NCBI RefSeq assembly: GCF_018350175.1 | Contig: NC_058383.1 | Coordinates: 29,576,001-29,640,000, forward strand | Length of the DNA stretch: 64,000 bases | Source of the DNA: Felis catus | Taxonomy: Eukaryota | Direction: 5' to 3' | In this document: piece by piece, positions 1-12,115 of the stretch | Layout of the letters: the number at the start of each line of letters is the position of its first letter | How positions within the stretch are numbered: the first letter of the stretch is position 1 | The notes under the pieces: model-generated | The model's input: the letters and a program-made list of their open reading frames with translations, nothing else | Databases searched by the model: none | What the model was told of the DNA's origin: nothing | Position numbers and translations under genes: made by a program

Positions 1-259
1 TTTGTGGTATTTTGTTATGGCAGCGCTAGGAGACCCGTATAGATAGGGAGGTAAGGATTCCCCTATCTTTGGTGAGTTCAGTCTATTTGTGTTACAAAAG
101 TCCCAGCACTGCTTCCTGTTGAGGTCTCGCCCAGATGGCCTCGAAGGGTAGCCTCAGCAGTGGGCTTCCCCCAAGCAACTGTGGGGCCAGGGGGCCATAT
201 GCCATATGGCTAAAGTATTTAAAGCTATAAATAAAACTGTGTTTAAAAATTATTAAACC

Positions 260-494
260 GGGTGCCTGGGTGGCTCAGTCAGTCAGTTAAGTGTCTGACT
301 GTGGCTCAGGTCACGATTCGTTGAGTTTAAGCCCCGCTTTGGGCTCTCTGTTGTCGGCAGTGTGGAACCTTCTTCAGATTCTCTGCCCCTCCCCCTCTCT
401 CTTTGCCCCTCCCCTCCTCTCTGCCGCTCCCCCTTCCCCTCCTGCACATGCGCTCCCTCTTCCTCTCAAAAATAAATAAGAACTTAAAAAAAAA
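260..494 (+). mobile_element. CanSINE
   Basis: GGGTGCCTGGGTGGCTCAGTC head, CT-rich tract, AATAAA and A tail. Confidence 0.9.
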
Positions 495-1247
495 TTGTTC
501 TACTTCTCCGTTGATGAATGTATTTTCCTAACCACTTGGGGAGCCAAGCTTGGATTTATAATTCTTTCAAGCTCCTTGGTGGTCTGAAATATTATTGTTG
601 TAAAGACACTTGAATGCCCTTTCCTCATGGCTCCTGGCTCCTTCCTACATCATAACGGGCCTTGTGGGAATACTGCGGACACTCCAGCCCGCGTGTCCGG
701 GCTTCGTCTGTACTCCACACAACCCACTGTGCTTGGTCACTGGTCAGGCCCAGGGGTGCAAATGTCTGTACTGTGGTTCTCCCTGGGGAGGATGGACCTA
801 GGAAAGAGGCCGGCACCAGTGCTGGGTACAGGCTAGCACCATTTAGGTAGAAAATTCTGGGTCCTGGCTATTCAGAACATGGTCTAGAAGGCAGGGGACA
901 TGCAGGCCCCCAGAATTCCCCACCCAGATAGGTCTGCGCTTACTTGCAGGGCCTGTGGTGTCCCCACCTGCTGGGGAGGAGTGTGGCGAAAAGAGGGATG
1001 GAGCAAAGCCTTGTAAAGCCGCCCGGGGCCCGGGTCTAAGGGAGTGGCTGCTTAGCACTTTGTCACACTGCCCCAAAAGATCCAACCCAACAGCACATTG
1101 AAGACAAGTAGATAATTCATTAATAGTTTGGTGGGACATCAGAGAAAGGAACCACGTTTCAAGCCACAGCAGATACTCTTACAGGTCTCTGTCCTGTTGT
1201 TTAAGGTCTTCTCCCAATCACAGAGCCTCTAAAAAACAAGATTTCTT

Positions 1248-1264
1248 AACATTTACTTATTTTT

Positions 1265-1295
<31 letters not shown>

Positions 1296-1473
1296 AGAGG
1301 CAGAGCATGAGTCGGGGAGGGGCAGAGAGAGAGGGAGACACAGAATCCGAAGCAAGCTCCAGGCTCTGAGCTGTCAGCACAGAGCCCGACGTGGGGCTTG
1401 AACCCATAGACCGTGAGATCATGACCTGAGCCGAAGCTGGACGCTTAACTGACTGAGCCACCCAGGCACCCCC
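1248..1473 (-). mobile_element. CanSINE (felid type)
   Basis: Full length; target-site duplication (TSD) AAGATTTCTT. Confidence 0.92.
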
Positions 1474-1954
1474 AAAATAAGATTTCTTTATGGAGAACAA
1501 TCTAGCTTTAACCTCATTCCCCCAGCAAAACAAAATCCAAGCCATCATCTATCAATGCACAAGCATATCTAGTGGGTGTGATAAAGTGTGACGGCCCCTC
1601 CCTTCCCTCAAAACAGCATATTACACTATTTACCAGAGGAAATCAAGGAGGGGACAGTGGCAGTATGAGACAGAGGGGCAATAGGTGAATCTTGCTGCTA
1701 AAAAAAAAAAACAGTTGAGTGCCTCCTATTTCGTAATCATTAAATAAAACAGAAGATGGAACACGACTGTATATTTAAAAGAATGATATAACATGACTGA
1801 GTACAGTTTAGTTCCATCAGTCACAAATGCAAGGATAGTTCAATAGTAGAAAATGTATGGATTCATCACACAGGTCACAGAAGAAAACCATATCAGCTAA
1901 CAGAAGTCAACTTTCTTTCTTCTTGCAATACTCCTATTAAACCGGACAGAGGTT

Positions 1955-2178
1955 AGAGTGCTTGGGTGGTTCCGTCAGTTAAGTGTCTGACTTTGGTTGA
2001 GGTCATGATTTCACAGCTTGTGAGTTCGAGCCCCATGTTGGGTTCTGTGCTGACAGCTCAGAGCCTGGAACCTGCTTCGGATTCTGTCTCTCTCTCTCTC
2101 TCTCTCTGCCCCTTCCCCACTCGTGCTCTGTCTCTCTCTCTCTCTCTCAAGAATAAAATAAACATTAAAAAAAATTTT
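1955..2178 (+). mobile_element. CanSINE
   Basis: Head, CT tract and A tail. Confidence 0.9.
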
Positions 2179-2835
2179 AATTGGACAGAGTCAGAGGCTT
2201 AATATGAAGAATAATAAACCCAAGAGACTACGAAAAGGCTAATTGGTCAAATAACTGGAGGCACTTTTGCTAATTTAATAAAAGATAAGGCAAGAACGTC
2301 TAGTAGTCCAACTCAATATATTCTTAAATTCTGGAAGCTTCAGCTAAAGTGGGGCACATTGTGAGCCTGGGTTGAACCTAACTGTCAGTCTACATTTGAC
2401 TTGCCTGATGTTTAAAAACGTTGAATTCATTTTCAACATTTAAGATTCTTACAGATTTCACATTAGAAATGATCTTTGGCATACTTTTTTTTTTTTTTTT
2501 TTTTTTTAAATCTGACCATCTGTCAACATGAGAGCTATTCCCCAAACAGCAAAAATTGGCCGGAGCCAAGTATGGACTTCCCCCTTGAGAAAAGATCTGT
2601 GTTCTGTTTGCCAAAGGCCTCAGTTTGGCCCAATTCACGCATTAATGTTACTTGCCTGGGCCCATGGGCATCTGAATTCTCCAACCCATGCTGGAGAATG
2701 GGTAAGAATAAGAAATAGAGAAATAGAGATAAGAAATAGAGAAGGAGGCATAAATATTGAAAAGGGGAAAAAATTACCATTATTATTATTATTTTTTAAA
2801 CCCACCCCAGCGCCTTCCTCTTGGGTGGGGTTGCA

Positions 2836-3036
2836 ATTTTTTTTTTAAGTTTATTTATCTTGAGAGTGAGAGAAAGAGAGAGAAAGAGAGAGTGCATGAG
2901 TAAGGGAGGGGCAGAGAGAGGGGGAGAGAGAATCCCAAGGAGGCTCCACACTCAGGGCAGAGAACGATACAGGGCTCAATGTTATGACCAACGTCAAGAC
3001 CTGGCTGCTTAACTGATCGAGCCACCCAGGCACCCT
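2836..3036 (-). mobile_element. CanSINE (older subfamily)
   Basis: Reverse-strand head GAGCCACCCAGGCACCC. Confidence 0.85.
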
Positions 3037-4140
3037 ACTATTATTATTTTTGAATGCAATGATGGCCTACCTGTATTATCCAAAGGAACCAGCCGAGAAA
3101 ACGTTAAGATGAGTTAGAGCTCTGCGAGGTAGCCAGTTATAAAAGCCGTAAACGTTAATGCCGCAGAATGATGAGAGGCTGGGGGGAGGAAAGGGAGTAT
3201 AATCACAGTCTGCAATGGCAACAAATAACTTTGAATTAACTTGGCAAGAAATGCGTCAAGGATTTATAGGACTCAAACCACCAAATCCTACCAAAGAACC
3301 ATAAAAACCCCGACTTCGACACAAGTAAAGTAAAACGAGCCATTTTCCCAACATTGTAAGGGTGTCTATTATCACCCAAAGAACATAAGTGTAACGTAAT
3401 TCTAATAAAAATCAAAACATGGCATTTGTTGGAAACTTGACCCCAAATGTCCATCCGGAAGGATAAGTGCTTATGGATGGCCAGTTAGCCAATAAAAATT
3501 CCAAAGAGCATAATGTTAGGGAGGTATCTGTCCAAAAATGTATATCCAAACTTATTATGAAACGATAATTAAACTCACAAGGTCCTATATAGGCACAATC
3601 CTCATAACAGGAACAGAATTAGAAACACAGACCATATTCAAATATAAACATAAATACAGGAGGACAAAGGTGCTAATTTGCACTAGCAAGAAAATATTCT
3701 TTCAACAAATGGTGCTGGCAGCTGGCTAGCCATTTAGAACAAAGTTAGCTCCATCACCACCTGACATGAGTTGTCAATGGAACAGAGATGGAAATGTAAA
3801 GAAAGAGAGAAAGAGAGGAAGAAAGAAAGAAAAACAGAAAGACAGAAAGAAAGAAAGAAGAATACCAGAAGAAAATTTAGGCTTTCAGTTGAAAAGCCTA
3901 TATATTGGGATATATATTCTCCAATGAAAAGGGAATTTTGAAAATACTGAAAGATTTGACAAGATAGGCAATTTTGAAAATCTGAAAGGCAAAAAAGCAT
4001 AGAAAAAAGGACAAAAGACAAATTTAGAAAAATGTACGCAATGCTCATGAACATTAAAACCCTCCACAGATAGAACTTGCACAAATAAATAAGAGAAAGA
4101 ACATTTGATGGATAAAAGGGGGAATCGACACCAATACACA

Positions 4141-4144
<4 letters not shown>

Positions 4145-4187
<43 letters not shown>
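4145..4187. repeat. (CA)n microsatellite
   Basis: About 21 perfect CA units. Confidence 0.95.
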
Positions 4188-4189
<2 letters not shown>

Positions 4190-5017
4190 TACATACTCAA
4201 GAACAAATGGCCAGAAAACATGAAAAAACTGAACCTCATCGTCACTGAAGAAATATGCACTAAGTAAAATGGCACTTGAACTTGGCGTACTGATGATAAA
4301 AGGCACAACAATACTATTGTTAGTGAGGTTGTGGGAGAGAATAGGTCATCTTATATTCTGCTAATGTGAATATAAGTGAATAAAACCTTTTTGGAGATCA
4401 ATTCAGCTGTAAGTATCATGAAGTAAAAACATGTTCTTACTCATTAGGAATTCCCACTTACAGAATTTATCCTGAGAACATGATCATGGATGTGTGCAAA
4501 GTTTTAGTGTAATTAAAAGATGCTCATTTCAGCATTGCTTCTTATAGCGAGTAATTGGAAATGTAAGGGTCAACAGTATGGAACTGGTTTAATAATGCCC
4601 AAGGGTGAAAGGAGTGTGTGAGAGCACTAGCCAGCATCCGTTAGGATTGGTTGGTGGCTGTGAGGCACACTTGGTGAATATTCTCGATTTTACCCCCAAA
4701 AGGAGATACTCTGTACCCCTCAGATCATGGTGTGGAAAAATGTTTCTTACACTGGGAAAATGGGATACGATGTTAAGCAAAATAACCAATCCCCCCCCCC
4801 AAAAAAAAACCCTTAAAAAATAGCATCTACAAGAAGATTCCATTTTTAATGGAATATAATACATATGTAAGGAAAGATATAAAAAGTCTAGAATACACAT
4901 CAAAATGCTAGAAATCATAATTCTGGCTAGTCAAATTAGACATCATTTTGCCTACCCTTACTTCCTAGTAACTGCACAAGACTCTAAGTATAATTTTGTT
5001 AGCAGAAGTTCATTGTA

Positions 5018-5224
5018 TTTTTTTTTAATGTTTATTTATTCTTAGAAGACAGGGAGAGAGTGGGAGTGGGAGAGGGGCAAAGAGAGAGGGAAGAAACAGA
5101 GAATCCCAAGCAGGCTCCATGCTGTCAGTGCAAAGCCCGATGCGGAGCTCCGACTCAAGAACCGTGAGATCATGACCTGAGCTGAAGTCGGATGCTTGAC
5201 CCACTGAACCACCCGGGTGCCCCT
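5018..5224 (-). mobile_element. CanSINE
   Basis: Reverse-strand SINE body. Confidence 0.9.
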
Positions 5225-6279
5225 TAAAGGACTTAAGTGAAAGGCATTCATTATAGGAGACTGATATAGTTTTCCTATATTAAGAACTTGGATTCATTAA
5301 GAGATACCTTAAAGAAAGTGAAAAGATCTAAATTAAAAATAAATAAATTAATTAATTAAAAAAAAAAGAAAGTGAAAAGAAGTACAAAGGCTCAGCATGA
5401 GATTATATGAAGGGCTCCTTTAATGAGAAGAACGCATACAATGGGAGAAAAATGAGCGAAAAAATATGGATATTTCTCAGGAGATATGAGACATATTTGG
5501 CAGATCGCATAGTAGTTGAAAATGCCAGTCAGGACCCTATGAGGTTCTTTTTCATATGCACTCCAGCAGTGACAGTCCAGTGTGTCAGGGAGGGTGAGGG
5601 TCCACCCACTGGCATACACATTGCTGACACAAAGTGTGGGTCCGCACACCTTCAGTACACAGGTTGGCATTGTGCCCTAAAGCTGAGCATACATATACTG
5701 TCCGACGTGGCGGTTTTGCTCCGAGGTACGTACCCAAGAGGAATGTTTGTACCCGTGTAAGACCAGGTACGAGGATGTTCGTAAAAGAACTGTTTACAAT
5801 ATGGAGCATCGGTGCACAGTCCAAACGACGAGTACCGAGAGGATCGGTGGGGTCGACTGGGGTATATTCAGAGAATGCAATACCACAGAGAGGCCAGAAA
5901 CAAGTGAATGACAGTAACATGCACAGCAGGTTGGATCTTACCAACATAGGTCCCACCAAGTTACATACGACATGGTATCTTTTTTTTTTTTTTTAATGAA
6001 GTTAAGAATCACACACACACACCACACTTTTAGGAATACATATAATGCACATGAGAAATTTAGTTTAGTTCTGAAACTAAATTTAAGAAAAGCAAGGGAA
6101 TACTGAACGCAGAAATCAGGATGAGGGTTCATTTTGGTTTCGGAGGAGCAGGGTCATAGAGTCAGGAGGGTGGACCTTATAGGGTTAGACGTAGGTTATA
6201 ATCTCATCAAAGCTCTAGCATTTTGCAAGAGGGACGGTAGCTTCGTGAGTACTTTTCTGCATTATTAAGAATAACAGTC

Positions 6280-6406
6280 GGGGCACCTGGGTGGTTCAGT
6301 GGGTTAAGCGTCCGACTTCAGCTCAGGTCATGATCTCACCACTGGTGAGTTCGAGCCCTGCGTCGGGCTCTGGGCTGACAGCTCAGAGCCTGGAGCCTGT
6401 TTCCAA

Positions 6407-6453
<47 letters not shown>

Positions 6454-6745
6454 TCTGCCCTTCTCCCACTTACAATCTGTCTCTTTCTCTCAAAAACAAA
6501 TAAACATTAAAAATAACAATCTAGGGGCGCCTGGGTGGTTCAGTCAGTTAAGCATCCGACTTTGGCTCAGGTCATGATCTCGCGGTCCGTGAGTTCGAGC
6601 CCCGTGTCGGGCTCTGTGTTGACTGCTCAGAGCCTGGAGCCTGTTTCAGATTCTGTGTCTCCCTCTCTCTCTGACCCTCCCCTGTTCATGCTCTGTCTCT
6701 CTCTGTCTCAAAAATAAGTAAATGTTAAAAAAAAATTTTTTTTTT
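6280..6745 (+). mobile_element. Two tandem CanSINEs (6280-6511 and 6524-6745)
   Basis: Two heads; shared AATAACA(G/A)TC flanks; (GT)n expansion in the first copy. Confidence 0.92.
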
Positions 6746-7966
6746 AAATAACAATCTAAGTCAAAGCAAGTTGTGCATGGATCGGTGGTGAGTGTGTTTC
6801 ATAAACCAAGATTATGATTACTCCAATTCTGGGTAGCGAGAATCCAGTTAAGAAAAAAAAAACCATCTATTTTAAACAAAAGTTAGAATGTGGTAAGAGA
6901 AACAAGATTATTAATTAGAGAAATCCCACAAAGCTTGGATTGGGATGACAGACTGAAGATGCCATTGGAAGGGACAGAGAGCAAAGGCTAGGAGCACCTA
7001 CTAAGAGCCGCATTACCAAGGTATCTTCTAAAGGGCCGTAAGGAGTAAAAGGTTAAACAGACCTACCTGGAGAACGTCTTTCCTTTTGTAACAATTCTCT
7101 CCCATTTCAAAAGTACCCTCTGGCACCACTCAGCGACACCAGTATCTAGCCGGAAAGATCCCAAACAATGCGGACGCGGGTCCTTGGCTTTTCAAGACAA
7201 CTAAAGTCTCTCGCCTGCCTGCTCGAAAGACTCGTCTCACGCTATCTCATTCCTACAAGGCATTAAATGTGAAATAAGGCCTTTTGCCTGGCAACGTGCC
7301 ACGATGTATAGTCTTACCACTTCTGGAACCCGTGCTCCCCACAGCCCAGAACTCGGTAATGCATATCACAGCGCTTTGAAGGTTCGGTCATTTCCAGGCA
7401 ATGAGCGGGTTTTGGTTTTTGTTTTTAATAAAAGTAACACTTTACCGTAATTCCATTGTTATAAATACAAAATCTGGCTCTGCTTTTTGGACTCCAAGCC
7501 GGGGAAAAAACGTCCCGTAACTCCAGTCTATGGGTCACGTTCCACTTTCCTGGCACACAGTAGGCCCTTCAGGAACATTTGCTGAGGAAACTGGCATTGT
7601 TTGCCAAATCATAACATGAAGACCCTGGATGTCAAGAGAAAACACCTGTCGGGAGAAACATTCTTCCTACAGGTTGTATTTATCCAGCAAAAACAAAAAC
7701 AAAAACAAAAAAGATCTAAAAAGGTATGAACATATGTATGGGAGTATGGGATTACGGGAGCAAAACGAATTGTTGGAATTTGGTTCTGCCTTTGGAGATT
7801 AAGGACACACATAGCCATTATATATGAGATCAGCTGCTGTGGGCAAAGACGTACCTTCAAAGTATACACAGAATCCAGGGAGTCAGAAAATAACACACAC
7901 ACACATACCCGTCCACCACCCACGACCCCCACACACATACTCAAATGATCTCGTACACACTCATAT

Positions 7967-8000
<34 letters not shown>

Positions 8001-9051
8001 CTCTCCCCCACCCCCCCCAGTCTCTCACACACACATTTAGTGACAGCGACTGACTGAGAGATTAGAAAATGAAGACAACCCCTGCCAACGTTAATGACCC
8101 TTTTGTTAAAGATGACAGCCGGATCCCCCGACTTTGATGTGTAACCTGAATTTCTTCACCCAAAGACAGCAACAGGAACAGACGTACGGAAACATGAAAG
8201 AAATAGGTAAGGCCTTTTCCTTAAGCAGTCAGAAGCAGGTATTTGCAAGATGAGTCACTTTTCCTGCCCACTTGAGAGCATAGTATCTGAAAGGAGAAAA
8301 ATGTCAATTGCTTTTTGGAAGAAATTCATCAGCGAGCCCACGAGCAAACATGTGTCCCTATTTTCCTAGCTGAGGTCGTCGGCTTTTATATCGGGGCCAC
8401 CCCTCCTCTGCTCGCTGCTTTCTTTGGCTTCACCCCACCCGCCCGGCTACTTGGTTCTTTTCCACCATCTAAGCACATGCATGTTCGTTTCCCTCTGAAT
8501 TCCCTCGTGCGCTGGGGGCCAAATGTTAGGTCATTCACGTGTGCGGGATCTGTCGGCACAGCCTGTCCGTGGAGTTCCCGACTGCAGTCATGCAGCTGGC
8601 CTGACCTGACTTGTATGGGCTGAAATATGAAGGCACCCAGGGCATAAACAGCCTCCTGTGTTCTGCTGGCAGCCGGGGAGGCGGTGAGGGGCAGGTACAT
8701 CGAGGGTGCTTATTTCTCCTTTTGCTCCCCGCCATCTGCCCCGACTCCAAATTTGTTGCCAGTGCTACCTCTCCCTACCGCCTTCCTTCGGGAGAAATAA
8801 ATAACTCGCCTACCAACACACACTCTGAGGGTTGGGATCGGCCTACCAGCATGAGGTTCCGTTCAGGTGCGGGCACCCTGTCTGGGTTTGCGCCGAAATG
8901 CAAAGCAACAGAAGGGTACGGATAAGGGAGTGAGGGGGTGTGCAGGCAGCTTCATGATAATTCACAATAAAAATGGGTTGGCCAGGTTTTTTTTTTTTCC
9001 CTCCTCACTAACTTGTTAACTGTATTTCTTCTTAAAAATCTTTGCAGTGAA

Positions 9052-9281
9052 GGGGCATCTGGGTGGCTCAGTCGGCTGAGCCTCTGACTTTTGGTTTCAG
9101 CTCAGGTCATAATCTCAAGGTTCCTGGGATCTACCCCCCATGTAGGGCTCTGTGCCGATAGCGCAAGGCCTACTTGGGATTCTCTTTTTCCCTCTCTCTC
9201 TCTGCCCCTCCCTAGCTTGTGCACGCTCTCTCTCTTTCTGTCTCTCAAAATAAGTAAATTAAAAAAAAAACTTAAAAAAAA
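9052..9281 (+). mobile_element. CanSINE
   Basis: Head, CT tract and A tail; TSD AAAAATCTTTG. Confidence 0.9.
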
Positions 9282-10761
9282 TCTTTGAGGTGTAGTTCAC
9301 ATACAATAAACTGCACATACTTAAGGTGCACCCTTGGATGATTAATTGGCAGGTGTGTATGTTGTGAAACCATTGGTGCCAGATTGCAAATGCTTCCATC
9401 ATCAACTCTAAATGGGTCCTTGTGCAGGCGGCCAGTTTTATTTGGAAGCCTTTTTGGTTTTTTGTGGGGGGAGCACTTGACCTCACCCAGAAGCCCAGGG
9501 CTCACTGTGGGGGGTCACTGATTGTATTTAAGAAATCACCTCTTCTGCAAGGGGGAAAAAAAATCACTTCGACCCAACAAAAGACTTGCGACTTCCAGTG
9601 TGACTCACCCTCAGGCCTGGGGCACATACTCGGGCTCTGATAAGAGGCAGTCGATCTGTCCTCCGTTTGTTTATAATGAGTCATGCTGGAAACAGGCAGC
9701 TACTTTTCTTCTCTCCCATGTCACGGTTAGGCAAGAATCAGAGGCAGATACACCCCCATTCAAAGTGTGGTCGGCCTTAAAGCGTCCAGCGACTCCAGCG
9801 AAGCTGGTTTAAGGAGCTGTGACTCGATGGGGACCCCTACTGGTGGAGACAGGGAGCGCCGCGTCCCGGAGTTGAGGCCTTGCTTCCTCGCCCCACTCCA
9901 AGGACGGACAGATCCTGTAGGAAGTTACAGATTTTCAAGAGGAACGGGAAGGAACGGCTGAGTTTTCTGTGCATCCTGCCCAACCCCCGATTATTAGTGA
10001 CAGAGTCGGGCGTGAGTCACAACCTTCAGCCTATGCCCACACTGGAGCGATTAACCACATAATTGCTTCAGCGATGGACCTTCTTCCAGCTACAACCCCC
10101 ATCCCTCCCACCCCCGTGGTCGGGCTCTAGGCCCTGAGCCAGCCATCTTCAGCCGCATGAATTGTGAAGGCCCAGGTTCAAAAAACCGAAGTTTCTATTA
10201 TTCTTTTAGACAAGGCCTCCTCGGCCCCGATCGAAAATTCCTACACACAAGTCCTGATGGGGGGCACGCGGGATGTGTCAACCAGAATTAATGTCGCGAT
10301 CAAATCAACATAAAGCAGATTTATCTGCTGTTTCCGTGTATTGCGGCAAAGCGCTGTTTGGGGAAGAAATCACCATAGCAACCCAGCCGCCCCAGTTACA
10401 GTAAGCTCAGGACGACCAAAATAAAAATCCTTCCCAGTCTTAGGATTGGCTAGGGAGAGCTACTGAACATCCACTTTGTTTGCAGACGACAGTAGCCAGC
10501 ATACATTTTGGTTTCATAGTTCACTGCAAGGGATGCTTTAAAGAATAATAAAACTCCACAGCCAGGTTACAAATGGAGGGGTTCTAGGCCATCCCCCCTG
10601 CCAGTTTAAACGCAAGCAGACCTCACTGCCAAACAGCAGCATTTTGTTGTTAAAACAGGTTTCAGAAAAGGGCTCATGGTGACTTCTTGTGGCCTGCCGG
10701 TTCCTTCCCAGGTTGGGGGTACATGGTACTATAAATGTTAGTTTTTAAGACGAGGCAAATC

Positions 10762-12115
10762 AGGGGCGCCTGGGTGGCTCAGTCAGTTGAGTGTCTGACT
10801 TTTGATGTCGACTCAGGTCATGATCCCGGGATGGTGGGATTGAGCCCTGCGTGGGGCTCTGTGCTGAGCATGGAACCTGCTTGGGAGTTTCTCTCTCCCT
10901 CTCTCTCCCCCTCCCCTGCTTGTGCTTTCTCCCACTTTCTCTCTCTTTCTGCCCCTCTCCCCCCAAAGAAGCAGCAAATAGATACAAAAAAGGGTTTTCT
11001 GTGGTTGTGAAAGGAAAAAAAGTAAAAATCACTTTTGTTTCCCTCCACCCTCAGGACCCCCAACAGTGGGTTTTGCTTCCACTAATGATCTGTTCTCTCT
11101 CTAGCATCTTCCTTTTTTTTGTTTTTTGTTTTAATTTTTTTTAACGTTTATTCATTTTTTGGGAGACACAGAGAGACAGGGCGTGAGCGGGGGAAGGGCA
11201 GAGCGAAACGGAGACACAGAATCAGAAGCAAGCTCCGGCCTCTGAGCTGTCAGCACAGAGCCCGATGCGGGACTCGAACTCACGAACTGTGAGATTATGA
11301 CCTGAGAGACAAAGTCAGACACTCAACCAACCGATCCACCCGGGCGCCCTGCATCTTCCTTCTTTGTCTCCACTGCGCTCCTTTCTTCTGATCACCAACA
11401 CACATGATCACCTTGGGAGTGCTGCTTGCCTGTTCTCCTTGTCTCCAGACTCACCGTGCCCCCGTCTGGTGTGTGCCCTTGGGCTCCCAGGAACCCCTGC
11501 CCAGGATGCCCTCTCGTCACAGTGTGAGGCCACCAGCGCGTCCAAGCTCAGCTCCCAGCCCTGTGGGTCTCCCTTGAAGTTCTCTGCCGCTTTTGATTCT
11601 GGTGGCTGCTACACATTGAGGATCTTCTAAGAGTCTGCCTCCTCTATGCTCTCACTCCCAAGATTTGGGCATTTTCTAATTTTCTCTTGCATCTTTCTCT
11701 GTGTTAACCATTTATCTGATGCCTTTGGTTCTCACTTCCGTGCAGAGGTCAACTGCACCTTGAATTGAGACTGTCTGCCTATCGGCTATCTTGAAATCGA
11801 CTTGGTCAAAACTGAACTTCGCTTTCTTTCCAACACAGTGGGGTCCTTCTGCAGACTCTTTGTTTCTGTTCACAGCATCATCGTTTTCTGAGCCTGGGAC
11901 ACCTGGGTGGCTCAATCGGTTGAGCATCTGACTCTTGGTTTAGGCACAGGTCATGATCTGGCGGTTCATGAGTTCGACTCCCGCACTGGCTTCTGTGCTG
12001 GCGGCATGGGGCCTGCTTGGGATTCAGTCTCTCCCCTTCTCTCTGCCCCTCCCCTCCCCTGCTCTCACTCTCTCTCAAAATAAATAAATAAACTTTAATG
12101 ACAACAACAAAGAAA
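10762..12115. mobile_element. Three CanSINEs: 10762-10975 (+), 11115-11349 (-), 11896-12115 (+)
   Basis: Heads and tails visible; TSD GCATCTTCCTT around the middle copy. Confidence 0.9.

Noticed and set aside
3734..4311. 190-aa hydrophobic ORF
   Set aside because: It is the reverse strand of A-rich decayed L1-like sequence plus a (CA)n repeat (the CVCVCV run).
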